From NCBI RefSeq assembly GCF_018350175.1, contig NC_058368.1, positions 4,092,001-4,156,000 on the forward strand: 64,000 nt of DNA, given 5' to 3'. Of this stretch, positions 12,115-25,069 are shown piece by piece (positions within the stretch are counted from its first letter, which is position 1; each line of letters starts with the position of its first letter). The notes beneath the pieces are model-generated. The model was not told the DNA's origin, ran no database searches, and saw only the letters and a list, made by a program, of their open reading frames with translations. The position numbers and the translations under genes were made by a program. Source of the stretch: Felis catus (Eukaryota).

Positions 12115-12313
12115 AGTTTGGTTGGTTGGTTGGTTGATTTGAGAGAGAGAGAATGAGCGGGGGAGAGGGGACAGAGGGAGAGAGAGAATCCCAAGCAGGC
12201 TCTCATGCTCAGCGCAGAGCCGCACACGGGGCTCGATCGCACAGCCCTGGGACCATGACCTGAGCCAACATCAAGAGTCAGACGCTCAACCAACCGAGCC
12301 ACCCGAGTGCCCC
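12115..12313 (-). mobile_element. Can-SINE
   Basis: Reverse SINE body ending GAGTGCCCC; tail drifted to (TTGG)n; flanking GAACTTCT repeat. Confidence 0.93.
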
Positions 12314-12619
12314 ATGAACTTCTGCCTCATCAAAAATGTAGCAACCAACAAAAGAAGCAATCCCTACTTTTTGCCTGATGTGGAATATTTCTTTTTGCGC
12401 AAACGTTTATGATGACTGTTGAGGGAAGGTGTATGTTCTGGAATTACCAACACGACCGTCGAGGGCAGTGTGGCTGCCAGCTTCATCCGCCTCCCTATTT
12501 CACGGAGTGCCCTCGACAAGCCAGTGGACAGAGACCGGGCAGCAGCAGAGATCTCATTTAACAGGTAAGATCTTGCGTTCAACTAACAGACCTGCTACAG
12601 TCCCCAATATCAGCTTGAC

Positions 12620-13130
12620 AAACCCTTGTTAAATACCAGCCACGGCCGTGTTCTGGGCAGTGTGGGATGATTAACAAATGGTCGCTGCCCTTTGGGCAGT
12701 CATTGTTTTATAGGGAATTCTAGAAGCAGGGAGGAAGGAAGGTCTCAGGGGGGTAGGCTTTGAACTGAATCAGTCTTTAAAGATAAATTGGTCAACAGAA
12801 TTAGAGAGCGGAAGAGAAAAGACCGTTTTGAAGGTGGACCTTTCAGAAAAAGCAAATAACTTGAGCAAAAGCATGGGCACAAAAAAGCCAGAGCATTTGG
12901 AGAATTTCAAAACATTTTGCATGACTGAGTATAAGGAGCACGAGAGGGTCTTTTGAGAAATACGGCTGGAGAGGTAATGAGGGGCCAGACCTTGTGTCAC
13001 ACAAAGGACCTCTTATGCCACACAAAGGAATTTGGATTTTTTTTTCCTCCTTAGGCATAAGGAAGCCATTGAAGGGTTTTAAACAGGCAGCAATGTAATC
13101 AGATTTAGTCTTTGGAAATAAGACCTCCTG
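12620..13130 (-). mobile_element. L2 LINE fragment
   Basis: AGGAATTTGGATTTT...GGAAGCCATTGAAGGGTTTTAAACAGG...ATCAGATTT, typical reverse L2. Confidence 0.75.
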
Positions 13131-13524
13131 ATTAGTTAATGAGCTCGTATTTCTTTTCTTGTATGTTAACCATTGTTTTATTGCTTGGTCTTTAGACTCT
13201 ATTATTGATTGAAATAACAAAATGATGGGAGTTAAGAGGCTGTGCCACTTAACCTTCCAAAGTCTGTTTCATCTGCTTTACCTTACTGGTTTGGTGTAAA
13301 ATTAAAATAAGATAAAGGCAGAGAAACTAGCTTTGCAATGCTATTGCTTTGATTTGCCTGCTGGACTCCATGAGTTAGCTAAAACCAAGTAGCGTACAAA
13401 TGAATCAATATTTATAATTGGGCCACTTGTGAACAAAATCAGGAAATATTTCATCTAGCATAAATTTTATAAACCACTGAGTTTTTCATTTTGCTTTGCA
13501 TTTTTAAATATTGACAGCTACGTC

Positions 13525-13636
13525 CCAACTGAGAGATTCTGGTTTTGTTCATTAGGGCTATAGCCTGGGGTCGGGATTTTGAAAAGCTCTCTGGGTAATT
13601 TGAATATGCAGTTAGGTTTGAAAATCATCAGTCTAG
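13525..13636. mobile_element. MER5-like hAT-Charlie MITE
   Basis: AGAGATTCTGGTTT...GGATTTTGAAAAGCTCTCTGGGTAATTTGAATATGCAG...TTTGAAAATCA. Confidence 0.6.
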
Positions 13637-13699
13637 TCTTTTGTGGTGTTACGAGTAGGTCTCTTAACTTTTCCAGTGATACATAATTCACATGCTATA

Positions 13700-14450
13700 T
13701 AGACTGTACTAAAACACACAGAAAAAACAAAGGAAGCTATTGAATTCATTTTATGAAGCCAGAACAACCCTAATAACAAAAATTAAAACTTAAAAAATTT
13801 CATCCAAAGACATTAAGCTGTAAATTAGCCTGTTATGAATATAATAGAAATCATAAATAAAATATTTAAACTGTACATTAAAGGAATAGGCCAAGTAGGA
13901 TTTATTTTAGGAGTTTAAGGATGGCTTAATATTAGGAAATTTGTAATTGTAATGGGTCATGATTTACATAATACTTATTGAGAAATATAAAGTAGCAGGT
14001 ACTGTGTGAAGCAATGGATATGTAAGAGAAACTGTATCCCACAGACGTACACAGCAGTGTTAAAGATAAATAAATATTAAATTAATCGTATACACCAAAA
14101 GGCCAAATAAGAAAAATATTAATAAATACCGAGTGATATTGGATAAATTTAAATACCAAAATACTATTAGAGCTAGGAATAGAAAATACATTTTTATCAT
14201 GATATCAGAATGAAATATATTTCCTTCTAGTAGCCAATATCTTATGAAAATCAGGAACAAAAAGTTGCCTGTTGATGTCATTATGATTTTCATTGTTCTA
14301 GAATTTCCGGCCAACAGAAAAATAAATAAGTCAAAAATAAGAAAGGATACTAAATCGCAATTATTTGAAGAAAACCTGATTTTCCACTTAGAAAAACAGA
14401 GGGAATCATCTGAAAATTATTAAAATTAATTTCTGAAGCTTAGTTTAAAA
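13700..14450 (+). mobile_element. Very old LINE-1 ORF2 remnant
   Basis: TTCATTTTATGAAGCCAGAACAACCCTAATAACAAAA and AAGTAGGATTTATTTTAGGA, degenerate RT-region motifs. Confidence 0.65.
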
Positions 14451-14463
14451 GCTGAATAAAAAA

Positions 14464-14680
14464 GGGGCACCTGGGTGGCTCAGTTGATTGAGAGTCTGAC
14501 CTCGGCTCGGGTCCTGATCTCACAGGCAGTGAGTCTGAGCCCCACATTGGGCTCCGTGCTGACAGCTCGGAGCTTGGAGCCGGCTTTGGATTCTGTGTCT
14601 CCCTTGCTCTCGGCCCCTCCCCCACTCATACTCTGTCTCTGTCTCTCAAAAAATGAACATTAAAAAAAAATCTAAAAAGA
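14464..14680 (+). mobile_element. Can-SINE
   Basis: Full body plus A tail. Confidence 0.95.
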
Positions 14681-14689
14681 AAAAGAAAA

Positions 14690-15835
14690 TGCAAAGGCAA
14701 GTCTCAAGCTGAGAAAAATACTTGCAAACCATATATCCAATAAAAGACTGGATCTCGTATAAAGAGCTCCGTAACTCCATAGAGAACTTTATAATTCCAT
14801 AGAAAAAAGGCAAATTCTCCAATTAAAATTGGGCAAAAAATGGAACAGATAATTCACCAAAACATATTCTGGATGAAAGATAAGCACACGAGAGCAGCTC
14901 AGAGAAATGCGAATTAAAACTATAATGAGGACTATACGCACACAGTAAAATGCCTGTAATCAAAAAGACTGACAGTCAAGTGTCGGTGAAGATATGGAGA
15001 AATGGATCTTCACACACAACTGGTGGGAACATAAAAACCATACAGTCACTTTATAAAACAGTTTGGCAGCTGCTCAGTAAGTTCAACACATGCACTCCTA
15101 AATATCTACTTAAGAGACAAGAAAACTTGGGCTCAGACATGTCCGTGTAAACATCCGTAGCAGCATCATTTCTAATAGCCGCAAGCTGGAAACGTTGCGG
15201 ATGTCCATAACTGATAAACGGATAAACGATATATGGTATATCAATATAATGGGATAGAGTAGTAAAGAGAATGAATTGCTGATATGCACAGGAACACCGA
15301 TGAACTTTAGAAACACTATGCTATGTGAAAGGAGCCCAACACAAAAGACTATATACTGTATGATTCCATTCACATGATATTTTTGGAAAGGCAAGGCTAT
15401 AAGTGCAGAAGGCAAACCAATGCTCGCCTGCCACTGGGGCTGGGAGAAGGAAATGGCTCAAATAGGCACAAGCGAAGGGCTCCTGGGTGGCTCAACCGGT
15501 CAAGCATCTGACCCTTGATTTTGGCTCAGGTCATGATCTCACAGTTTGTGAGACTGAGCCCCACATCAGTGAAGAGACTGCTTGGGATTCTCTATCTCTC
15601 CCTCTCTCTTTGCCCCTCCCGTGCTACCTTCTCTCTTTCTCTCTCAAAATAAATAAATAAAGTTTAAAAAATAGTCACAAGAGAACTTTTTGGAGCAATG
15701 GAAGGTTTCTAGAACCGGACTGATGATTGCACACCTTTACAAATTTATAAAAGCTGTACACAACCATACAGTTACAATTGGTGAATTTCATCATGTGTAT
15801 AGTATATCTCAATAAAGTTGCAATATGAAAAAAGA
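14690..15835 (+). mobile_element. L1MB/MC-like ORF2 end and 3' UTR
   Basis: GAGAAAATACTTGCAAACCATATATCCAATAAAAGAC...ACTGTATGATTCCATTCACATGA...ATCTCAATAAAGTTG. Confidence 0.85.
15477..15668 (+). mobile_element. Can-SINE inside L1MB
   Basis: SINE body; imperfect TSD AAATAG(G/T)CACAAG(C/A)GAA. Confidence 0.93.
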
Positions 15836-17007
15836 CAAATAAGCAGAGGAAATAATGACAGCAAACATAATGGAAGAATTATTCACTTTAAATATGCTTA
15901 TTTTTAAAATGCACAAAGTATCAACAAGGATAGCATTATAACTTTTTTAAATTATTACAAAATCTTCAAGCACACAGAAGAATATAGGGAATGATGAAAC
16001 AAAAACTAGTATATTCATTAGTCAGTTTTGTCAGAAGATAATATTTTGCAATTTTTTGCTCTAAATATTTTTTTACCGAAAAGGACTGTAGAGAAAATAA
16101 ACTCTCAAGCATTACTATTACAGCATTTCTGGGAAGAAATCTGATAATATCTGATACAATCTGTTAAAGCTAAAAATATACATACTATTTGACAAGCAAT
16201 CCCACTCTTGGGAAAATATCTATTAGATAAAATCATCTGTACATAAGGACGTGTGTTCAAGGTTATTATTGCAAGGATGTGCAAAAGAAGAACCAAAGAG
16301 ATTATTCATCAATAGAGGAATGATTGAATAAACTGTGGCCACGTCCATAAAATACATAAACTCAGACTTTTCCAGCTAACTTGGGGATTCTCAAACACTT
16401 GTATTTAATTAAAAAAAAAATCAAGATTCAGAGATAGGTGAATTAAAATCCAAATGTTACGGAGGTCCAGTATACGATGGCAACGTAGGAAGACTCTGAA
16501 TTCACCTCCTCCACAGAACACGCCAAATTACACCTATGAATAGAACAATTCGTCCTGAAGAAGAACCGAGGCGTGACTGAACAGCTACTGAGCAGCCAAA
16601 GATAGAGGGAACCGCAAGAGAGACAGAGAGACACGGCAACAAAGGGAACCGACACTCCCAACGCTGTGAATGGCCGTCGGGACACATAGTCTTGAGGTAC
16701 AGGGAACTTTGTCCTTGGGCACAGAAAAAAAAAGCCATAATTTAAAAGAACAGCTAGCATATGAAAGAGACAACACTAGAACTCTACCAAGGAGCACAGG
16801 AGCAGTGAGAAGGCTCTCCAGGTCTGGGGACGGGAGGACAGCACAGCTTACACTCCCCCCCCCCCCCCCACGTTAAAAGCCTAGACCAGAGCTGGTTCTG
16901 ACACACACTTTGCATACAAGACACCATACACAAGACTATTCCTTTCAGTTTAGGAAAAGTAACCATTTTGCCTAATCCATAGAAGCAAATGCAGAAACTC
17001 AAGCACA

Positions 17008-17896
17008 ATGGGGACACAGAGGAATATGCTCCAAAAGCAAAAATAAGAAAAAAAAAATAAAAAAAAAAACCCAACCCTAAATGAAACAGATAAACAATAT
17101 GCTCGATAAAGAATTCAATGTAACGATTGTAGACACACTCACTGGGCTGGAGAAGAGGGTAGAAGAACTCAGTGAGACCTTAGATAAAGAGAAAATATTA
17201 AAAAGAACCAATCAGAGTTGAAGAACACAATAACTGAAATAAAAAACCCACTACAGGGAATCAACAGTTGATTAGAGAGTTCCTAAGAACATACCAGTGA
17301 TCTGGAAGACAGGGTAATGGAAACCACATAAGCTGAATGGCAAAAAGAAAAAAGAATTTTTAGAAATGAGGATAGATTAAGAACTCTGTTGAACAACATC
17401 AAGTGAACAAATACTCACATTATAGGGGTCCCAGAAGAAGAGAATGAGAAAGTTGTAGGAAACATATTTGAAGAAATACCTGAAAACTTCCCTGATGTAG
17501 GGAAGGAAATAGACATCCAAGTCCAAGAAACACAGAAGGGCCCAAACAAGACGAACTCAAGAAAGTCCATGCCACAGAACATAATAATTAAAATGTCAAA
17601 GATCAAAGATAAAGAGAGAATCTTCAAAGCAGCAAGAGAGAAACAAAAGGTTACCTACAAAGAAAAACCTATAAAGCGATCAGCTGATTTTTCGGTAGAA
17701 ACTTTGAAATTCAGAAGGGAATGGCATGATATGTTCAAAGTGCTGAAAGGAACAAATATATCACCAAGAATACTCTACCCGGCAAGATTATCACTCAGAC
17801 TTAAAGGAGAAATAAAGTTAACCAGAAACACAAAAGATAAGGAAGTTTATCACTACTAAACTAGCCTTACAAGAAATGATAAAGGGATTTCTTTAA
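17008..17896 (+). pseudogene. LINE-1 ORF1p, disrupted
   Basis: Fragment MPQNIIIKMSKIKDKERIFKAAREKQKVTYK...REWHDMFKVLK...PRILYPARLS is typical L1 ORF1p; frameshifted. Confidence 0.9.
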
Positions 17897-18185
17897 GTGG
17901 AAAAGAAATGGCCATAATTAGCCATAAGAAAAGTATTAATAAAAAGATGTAAGATATGACAACATATACCTAAAATGTAGAGAAGGGAGTAAAAAGGGAA
18001 GTGAAGGGAAAAAAGAAAAAAAATATATTTTTCTGTTTTTAGTTTAGTTTTGGGTTTTTGTTAGGATGTGTTTAAATAAAAATGACCATCAAATTAATAC
18101 GGGCTGCTGTTTACTTAGGATGTTACATATGAACCTCATGGTCACCACAAACCCCAAACCCATGATAGATACACAGAAAATAAAC

Positions 18186-18186
<1 letters not shown>

Positions 18187-18222
<36 letters not shown>
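18187..18222 (+). repeat. (GAAA)n microsatellite
   Basis: Direct tetranucleotide run in the L1 inter-ORF spacer. Confidence 0.95.
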
Positions 18223-18224
<2 letters not shown>

Positions 18225-20964
18225 GGAAAAGAAAAGAAAGGGGGAAAAAAGAAACGCTAGACACACTCATTGATCACAAAGAAAGAGAGCAAGAGAAGAA
18301 AGGAACAAAGATGAACTATGAAAACAAGCAGAAAACAACTTTTTTAAATGGCAATAAGTACATACCTATCAATAATTACTTTAAATGTAAATGGCCTAAA
18401 TGCTCCAATCAGAGGACAGAGAGTGGTGGAATGGATAGAAAAATAAGGTCCATCTATATGCTGCCTACAAGAGACTCACTTCAGACCTAAAGACACATAC
18501 AGACTGAAAATGAAGGAGTGGAAAAATATCCATAATGCAAATGGAAGGGAAAAAATAGCTGGGGTGGCAAGACTTAATATCAAACAAAATAGAAAATAAG
18601 ACAAAGACCATAACAAAAGAAAATGAAAGGCAACACATAATGAAAAGGGATAGATCCAACAAGAGGGTATGGCAGCTGTCAATATCTGCATACCCAAAAT
18701 TGTAATGTTCGTGGACATAAAGAGAGAAATCGATGGTAATACGATAATAGTAGGGGGACTTTAACGCTCCACTTACATCAATGGATAGATCATCCAGGCA
18801 GAAAATCAATAAGGAAACAATGTCTGTGAATGACACCTTGGACCAGATGGACATAACAGATATCTAGAGAACATTCCATCCCCAAACCACAGAATACACA
18901 TTTTTTCAAATGCGTATGGAACATTCCCCAGAATATATCACACTGAGGCCATAAAACAAGCCTTAATCCATTTAAGAAAATTGAAATTATACCATGCATC
19001 TTTCTCACCATAATTACATGAAACCAGAAATAAATCACAAGACAAAAAAACTGGAAAAACACAAACAGGTGGAGACTAAACAACATGATACTAAACAACC
19101 CATGGGTCAATGAAATAAAGAAGAAATCAAAAAATACATGGAGACAAATCAAAATGAAAACACGATGGTACAAAATCTCCAAGACACAATGAAAGCAAGT
19201 TCTAAGAAGGAAGTATATAGCAATGCAGGCTTACTTCAAGAAAATAGAAAAAAATCAAATAAACAATCTAAGACCTAAAAAAAAGAGAAAAAAAAAGGAG
19301 AAAATAACAAAACCCAAGGTGAGTAGAAAAAAGGAAATAATAAAGATTACAGCAGAAATTAATGACATAGAGACTAAAAAAATAATAGAAAAAAAATCAA
19401 TGAAACCAAGAGCTGGTTCTTCGAAAAGATAAAATCAACAAACCCTTAGCCAGACTCAACAAGAAAAAAAAAGAAAAAGGACCCAAATAAATAAAATCAG
19501 GAACAAGAAAGAAATAACAACTGACACCCCAGAAATACAAAGGATTATAAGAGAATGCCATGAAAAATTATATGCCAACCACCTGGACAATCTAGAAAAA
19601 ATGGACAAATTCTTAGAAACATACAATCTTCTGAAACTGAGCCAGGAAGAAATTGAAAATCTGAACAAACTGATTACAAGTAATGAAATTGAATTGGTAA
19701 GTCAAAACTACCAAAAAACCGAAGTCCAGGACCAGATGGATTCACGGGTGAATTCTACCATTTAAAGAAGAGTTAATACCCATTCTGCTCAAACTGTTCT
19801 AAAAAATAGAAGAGGTAGGAAAGCTTCCAAATCCATTCTGCAAGGCCAGCATTAACCTGACACCAAAACCACACAGACTCCACAAAGGAAGAAAACCCCA
19901 GGCCAGTATTCCTAATGATCATAGATCCAAAAATCCTCAAGAAAACATTACCAAACAGCGTATGACATTTAAGCAAACACTCACCATGGTCAGGTGGAAT
20001 TGATGTCTGGGATGCAAAGCTGGTTCAATATTTGCAAATTAATTAATGTCACACACCACATCAACAAAGCAAAGGATAAAAGTCATCTGATCATCTCAAT
20101 AGATGCATAAAAAGCTTTTGACAAGATTCAGCATCCATTCCAGACAAAAACTCTCAACAAAACATGTTAGAGGGAACATGCCCCAACATAATAAAAGCCA
20201 CATATGAAAAACCCACAGCTGACCTCATACTCAATGGCAAAACACTGAGAACTTTCCTTCTAAGATGGGGAACCAGATAAGGATGTCCACTCTCACCACT
20301 TTTACGCAACATAGTCCTGAAAGTCCTGCCCGACATAATCACACGACAAAAAAGAAACAAGAGAAATCCATATTAGTAAAGAAGTCAAACTGTTTGCAGA
20401 TGACATGATATTATACCTGGAAAATCCTAAAGGCTCCACCAAAAAACTACTGGAAATAATAAATGAATTCAGTAAAGTGACAGGATACAAAATCACAAGC
20501 CAGAAATGGGTAGTGTTTCTATACACTAACAATGAGTTGCAGAAAGAAAAATTAAAAAAAAAAAAAACAACACCATTTACAATTGTACCAAAAAGAATCA
20601 AATACCTAGGAATAAATTTAACTGAAGAGGTGAATGACCTATACTCTGAAAACTATAAAACATTGATGAAAGAAATTGAACAGGACACAAAAAAATGGAA
20701 AGATAGTTCATGCTCATGAAATGGAAGAATTATTATTGTCAAAATGTCCATATTACCCAGAGCAGTCTATAGTTTGAGTGCAATCCCTATCAACATACGA
20801 ACAGCATTTTTCGCAAAACTGGGACAAATAAAACTAAAACTTATATGGAACCACAGAGGACCTCAGGTAGCCAAAGCCATCTTGAAAAATAAGAACAAAG
20901 CTAGAGGTATCACAATTCCAGATTTCAAGATATACTACAAAGCTGTAGTGATCAAAACAGTATG

Positions 20965-21177
20965 GGCGCGCCTGGGTGGCTGAGTCTGTTAAGCTTCCGA
21001 TTCTAGATTTCGGCTCCCGTCGTGATCTCACGTCGTGAGATCGAGCCACATGTTGGGCTCTGTGCTGACATTGTGGAGCCTGGTGGGATTCTCTCTCTCT
21101 CCCTTTGCCTGCCTCTCTCTCTCTCTCTCTCTCCCTCCCTCCCTCCCTCTCTCAAAATAACTAAATCAACGTTCAAA
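20965..21177 (+). mobile_element. Can-SINE inside L1 ORF2
   Basis: TSD AAAACAGTA(T/C)GG. Confidence 0.93.
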
Positions 21178-21412
21178 AAAACAGTACGGTACCGGCGCAA
21201 AAAATATACACATAGATCAGTAGAGCAGAATAAAGACCCCAAAAATAAACCTACACTTATATGGTCAAGTAATCTATGACAAAAGAGGCAAGAATATACG
21301 ATGGGGAAAAGGTAGTCTTTTCAGTCAATGGTTCTGGAAAACTGGACGGCTACATGTAAAAGAATGAAAGTGGACCACTATCTAACGCGATAAACAAAAA
21401 TAAACCCAAAGT

Positions 21413-21625
21413 GAGAGGCACCTGGGTGGCTCAGTTGGTTCAGCCTCCGACTCTTGATTTTGGCTCAGGTCATAATCCCAGGGTCATGGGATTGAGCCCT
21501 GCATCAGGCTCCATGCTATGCTAAGATTCTCTCTGTCCCTCTGCCCCTCTCCCCAGCTTGTACTCTCTCTATCTCTCAAAAACAAACAAACAAACAAACA
21601 GACAGAAACAAACAAACAAAACAAA
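21413..21625 (+). mobile_element. Can-SINE inside L1 ORF2
   Basis: SINE body with (CAAA)n tail. Confidence 0.92.
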
Positions 21626-23224
21626 ACAAACCCTGAAAATGGATTAAAGACCTAAACATGAGACCTGAAGCCATAAAATTCCTAGAAGAGAACACAGTTA
21701 GTAATTTCTCTGATAGTGGCCGTAACAACATACTTCTAGATTTGGAGAGGGAACAAAAGCAAAAATAAGTTACTGGACTGCATCGAAATAAAAAGCTTTT
21801 GCACAGCAAAGGAAACCATCAAGGAAACCAAAAGACCACCTACTGAATGGGAGAATATATTTGCAAATGATATATCTGATAAGTAGTTCATATCCAAAAT
21901 ATATAAAGAACTTACACAGCTCTACATCAAGACAAAACAAAAACAAAAAACAAAAACAAACAAACAAAAAAACAATTCAATTAAAAAAAAATGGGCAAAA
22001 GACTTGAATAGACATCTTTCCAAAGAAGATGTATAGAAGGCCAACAGACACATGAAAAGATGCTCAACATCACGCATCACCAGAGAAATGCAAATCAAAG
22101 CCACAATGAGATATCACCTCATGCCTGTTAGAATGGCTAAAATCAGAAGACAAGATAAAGGACTACTGGCAAGGGGATAGAGAAAAAGGAACTCTCGTGC
22201 TCCATGGGTGGAAATGTAGAGTGGTACAGCCACTTGGGAAACAATATGGATGTTCCTCAAAAAATTAAAAATAGAAATACCATATGATCCAATAATTCCC
22301 GGGTATTTGCCCAGGAAAAATGAAACACCAGCTCAAAAAGACACGTGTGCCTCTATATTTATTGCAGCATTATCTACAATAGCCAACACATAGAAGCAGC
22401 CTAAGTGCCCATCGGTAGATGAATAGATAAGGAAAATGTGGCGTGTGTGTGTGCGTGTGTGTGCGTATACCTACATATATGGACCTAGAGGGTACTATGC
22501 TAAGTAAAATGAGTCAGAATGAGAAAAACAAATATTATATGATTCCACCCATAAATCGAATCTTTAAAAATATAAATAAACAAAAAGCAGAATCAGGATT
22601 ATAAATACAGAGAAGAAACTGATGGTTGCCACAGGGGAAGGAGCTGGGGGGGTTGGGCAAAATGGGTCAAGGAAAGAGGGAGATACAGGCCTCTAGTTAT
22701 GGAATGAGTAAGTCACAGGACTAAAAAGCAGAGCATAAAGAACACAGTCAGTGGTATTGTAATAGCATTGCCATGGGACAGATGGTAACTATGCTTGTGG
22801 TGAACGTAGCATATCGTATAAACTTGTCAACTGCCCCCTCCCCCAAAAAAAAATTTTATAAAATAAGTAATGACCAAAACACTCTATAAATGTGCCTTCG
22901 TGCATGCATTTGTATTAAATCTAAGCATAAGCAATCAGTGGGAAAACGTTAAATTCCATTAGTCATAAAACAATAAAAATCTTAGTAATAATACAATATG
23001 CCATTTTCACCTATCACATTTTAAAACTTTTAAAATAGAAATAACTGATTCAGGAAATGCTTCTATGAAGCAAACATTCTCATGCATGGATTTTGGAAGA
23101 ATAAATGTGTACAACCCTTTTGAAGTATGATTTGGAAATGTCGTTCTGAAAGCCTCAACGACACTATTATACTTTGAGGCAATAATTTCAATAATGGACT
23201 CGAGCCTTTAAAAATAAATCAGTA

Positions 23225-23391
23225 GGGAGGCGCCTGGGTGGCTCGGTTGGTTAAGCATCTGACTTTGGCTCAGGTCATGATCTCATGGTTCACGAGTTCG
23301 ATCCCCACATAGGGCTCTGTGCTGACTGCTCAGAGCCTTGAACCTGCTTTGGATTCTGTGTCTCCTTCTTTCTGTGCCCCTCCCCTGCTTG

Positions 23392-23443
<52 letters not shown>

Positions 23444-23471
23444 AATAAATAAATATTTTCTAAAAATTAAA
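23225..23471 (+). mobile_element. Can-SINE (array member 1)
   Basis: Full body with long (CT)n; flanked by AAAAATAA(A/G)TCAGTA. Confidence 0.95.
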
Positions 23472-23486
23472 AAAAATAAGTCAGTA

Positions 23487-23679
23487 GGGGCACCTGGGTG
23501 GCTCAGTCAGTTAAACATTTGACTCTTGATTTCAACTCAGGTCATGATCTCACAGTTCATGGGTTCGAGCCCACACAGTCAGTGTGGAGCCTGCTTGGGA
23601 ATCTCTCTCCCCCCTTCTCTCTGCCCCTCCCCTACTGTGTGTGCTCTCTCTCTCTCTCAAAATAAATAAATAAACTCTA
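23487..23679 (+). mobile_element. Can-SINE (array member 2)
   Basis: SINE body plus tail. Confidence 0.93.
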
Positions 23680-23694
23680 AAAAGTATATAAGTT

Positions 23695-23933
23695 GGGGCA
23701 CCTGGGTGGCTCAGTCGGTTAAGCATCCGACTTCGGCTCAGGTCATGATCTTGCGGTTTGTGAGTTCAAGCCCCGCATCAGGCTGTGTGCTGACAGCTCA
23801 GAGCCTGGAGCCTGCTTTAGACTCTGTGTCTCCCTCTCTCTGCCCCTCCCCCACTTGTGCTCTATCTCTCTCTATCAAAAATAAATTAATGTAATGTAAT
23901 GTAATGTAATTAATTAATTAATTAATTAATTTT
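23695..23933 (+). mobile_element. Can-SINE (array member 3)
   Basis: TSD AAAAGTATATAAGT; tail expanded as (TGTAA)n/(TAAT)n. Confidence 0.95.
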
Positions 23934-23952
23934 AAAAGTATATAAGTCAATA

Positions 23953-24157
23953 GAGGCATCTGGGTGGCTGTTGGTTAAGTGTCTGGCTCACGATTTTGGC
24001 TGAGGTCATGATCTCTCGGTTGTGAGATCAAGCCCCACATCGTCAGGCTCCATGCTCACAGCGTGGAGCGTGTTTGGGATCTTCTCTCTCCCTCCGTCTC
24101 TGTCCCTCTTCTGATCTCTCTCCTCTCAAAATAAATAAATAAACTCAAAAAAACATT
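23953..24157 (+). mobile_element. Can-SINE (array member 4)
   Basis: More diverged body; flanked by ATAAGTCAAT. Confidence 0.92.
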
Positions 24158-24599
24158 AAAAATAAGTCAATTAGTACACAACAATGCTCATTATAGAAGT
24201 AAGTATCACCCTTGAAACTACAAAAATATCTTATTAGAAGACTAGCTAAATATATTTAAAATTACAGTAATTATACAGCAATTACGTTATAAGTTAATAT
24301 GTACTATAAACACAGTAACTTAAATGAATGACAATAAAGACTTCAGAATAACATTAAACACTGCTAATGTGATAATGTTAATTAGAAAGAAGAAATACAA
24401 TTATAACGTGATATGAACTAGGCAAATACCTTTTTGAAGACAACAAGGAATACTCTAAAAAGATCACAGAGTCTGTTTCTGAGCTTTGAGTTTACAAGAT
24501 CCACTGTAAGATGGAAATAATTGTAAACGGCCAATAATATTTCTCTGAATTGATAAACTTATTCCCCAGGGCTTTATATAATGGTGCCAACCTCTTCCA

Positions 24600-24813
24600 C
24601 CAGTCACTTAATATCATCCTGTTTTATTTTCTTCATTCTACTTTTCCCTACTGAAAAATCTTATGTAAGTCACTCACTTATTTGCAGTCTCTCCTTATTA
24701 AATGAAAGCTCTGTGAAAACAAGAAGCTTTTAGTTTTCTTAACTCCCTCAACCTCAGCATCTAGGACAGCGCTTGTCCATAGAGCACTCAACACATATTT
24801 GTTGAAAGAATGA
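24600..24813 (+). mobile_element. L2 LINE 3' end
   Basis: AAAGCTCTGTGAAAACAAG...CCTCAGCATCTAGGACAG...CTCAACACATATTTGTTGAAAGAATGA. Confidence 0.8.
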
Positions 24814-25069
24814 TATATGTATAAAGACAACATTACAAATATCAGTCGTGGTTCTTTCAAATGTAGACGAGAACAATGATGAGTTAATCCAAGTAATTTA
24901 CATCAAGGAAAACTTTTAATCTAAAATATTTATATATTTATTACATAGAACTGGTAAATTTCTTCTTCAATTATCTGGATAATATCTCAACTTGAGAGAA
25001 GTCGCACCGTGGTATTTTATATGGTATTTGTTAAAAGAATTTACACATGCGTCAAAGATTCAAACCTGA

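Larger units (their letters stand above)
18348..22480 (+). pseudogene. LINE-1 ORF2p (endonuclease/reverse transcriptase), disrupted
   Basis: MAISTYLSIITLNVNGLNAPI at 18348, CCLQETH, IVGDFN, LFADDMILYLENP at about 20391; early stop and multiple frameshifts. Confidence 0.92.
16460..22860 (+). mobile_element. Near full-length decayed carnivore LINE-1 (L1_Carn-like)
   Basis: 5' UTR start GATGGCAACGTAGGAAGACTCTGAATTCACCTCCTCC, ORF1, ORF2 (EN and RT), carnivore-type 3' UTR and A-rich tail; many stops and frameshifts. Confidence 0.93.

Noticed and set aside
16460..22860. Potentially active LINE-1 or domesticated reverse transcriptase
   Set aside because: ORF2 has a stop after about 32 codons, many frameshifts, deletions and two SINE insertions
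23210..24173. CRISPR-like repeat-spacer array
   Set aside because: The repeats are degenerate TSDs and the inserts are SINEs; eukaryotic context with no cas genes
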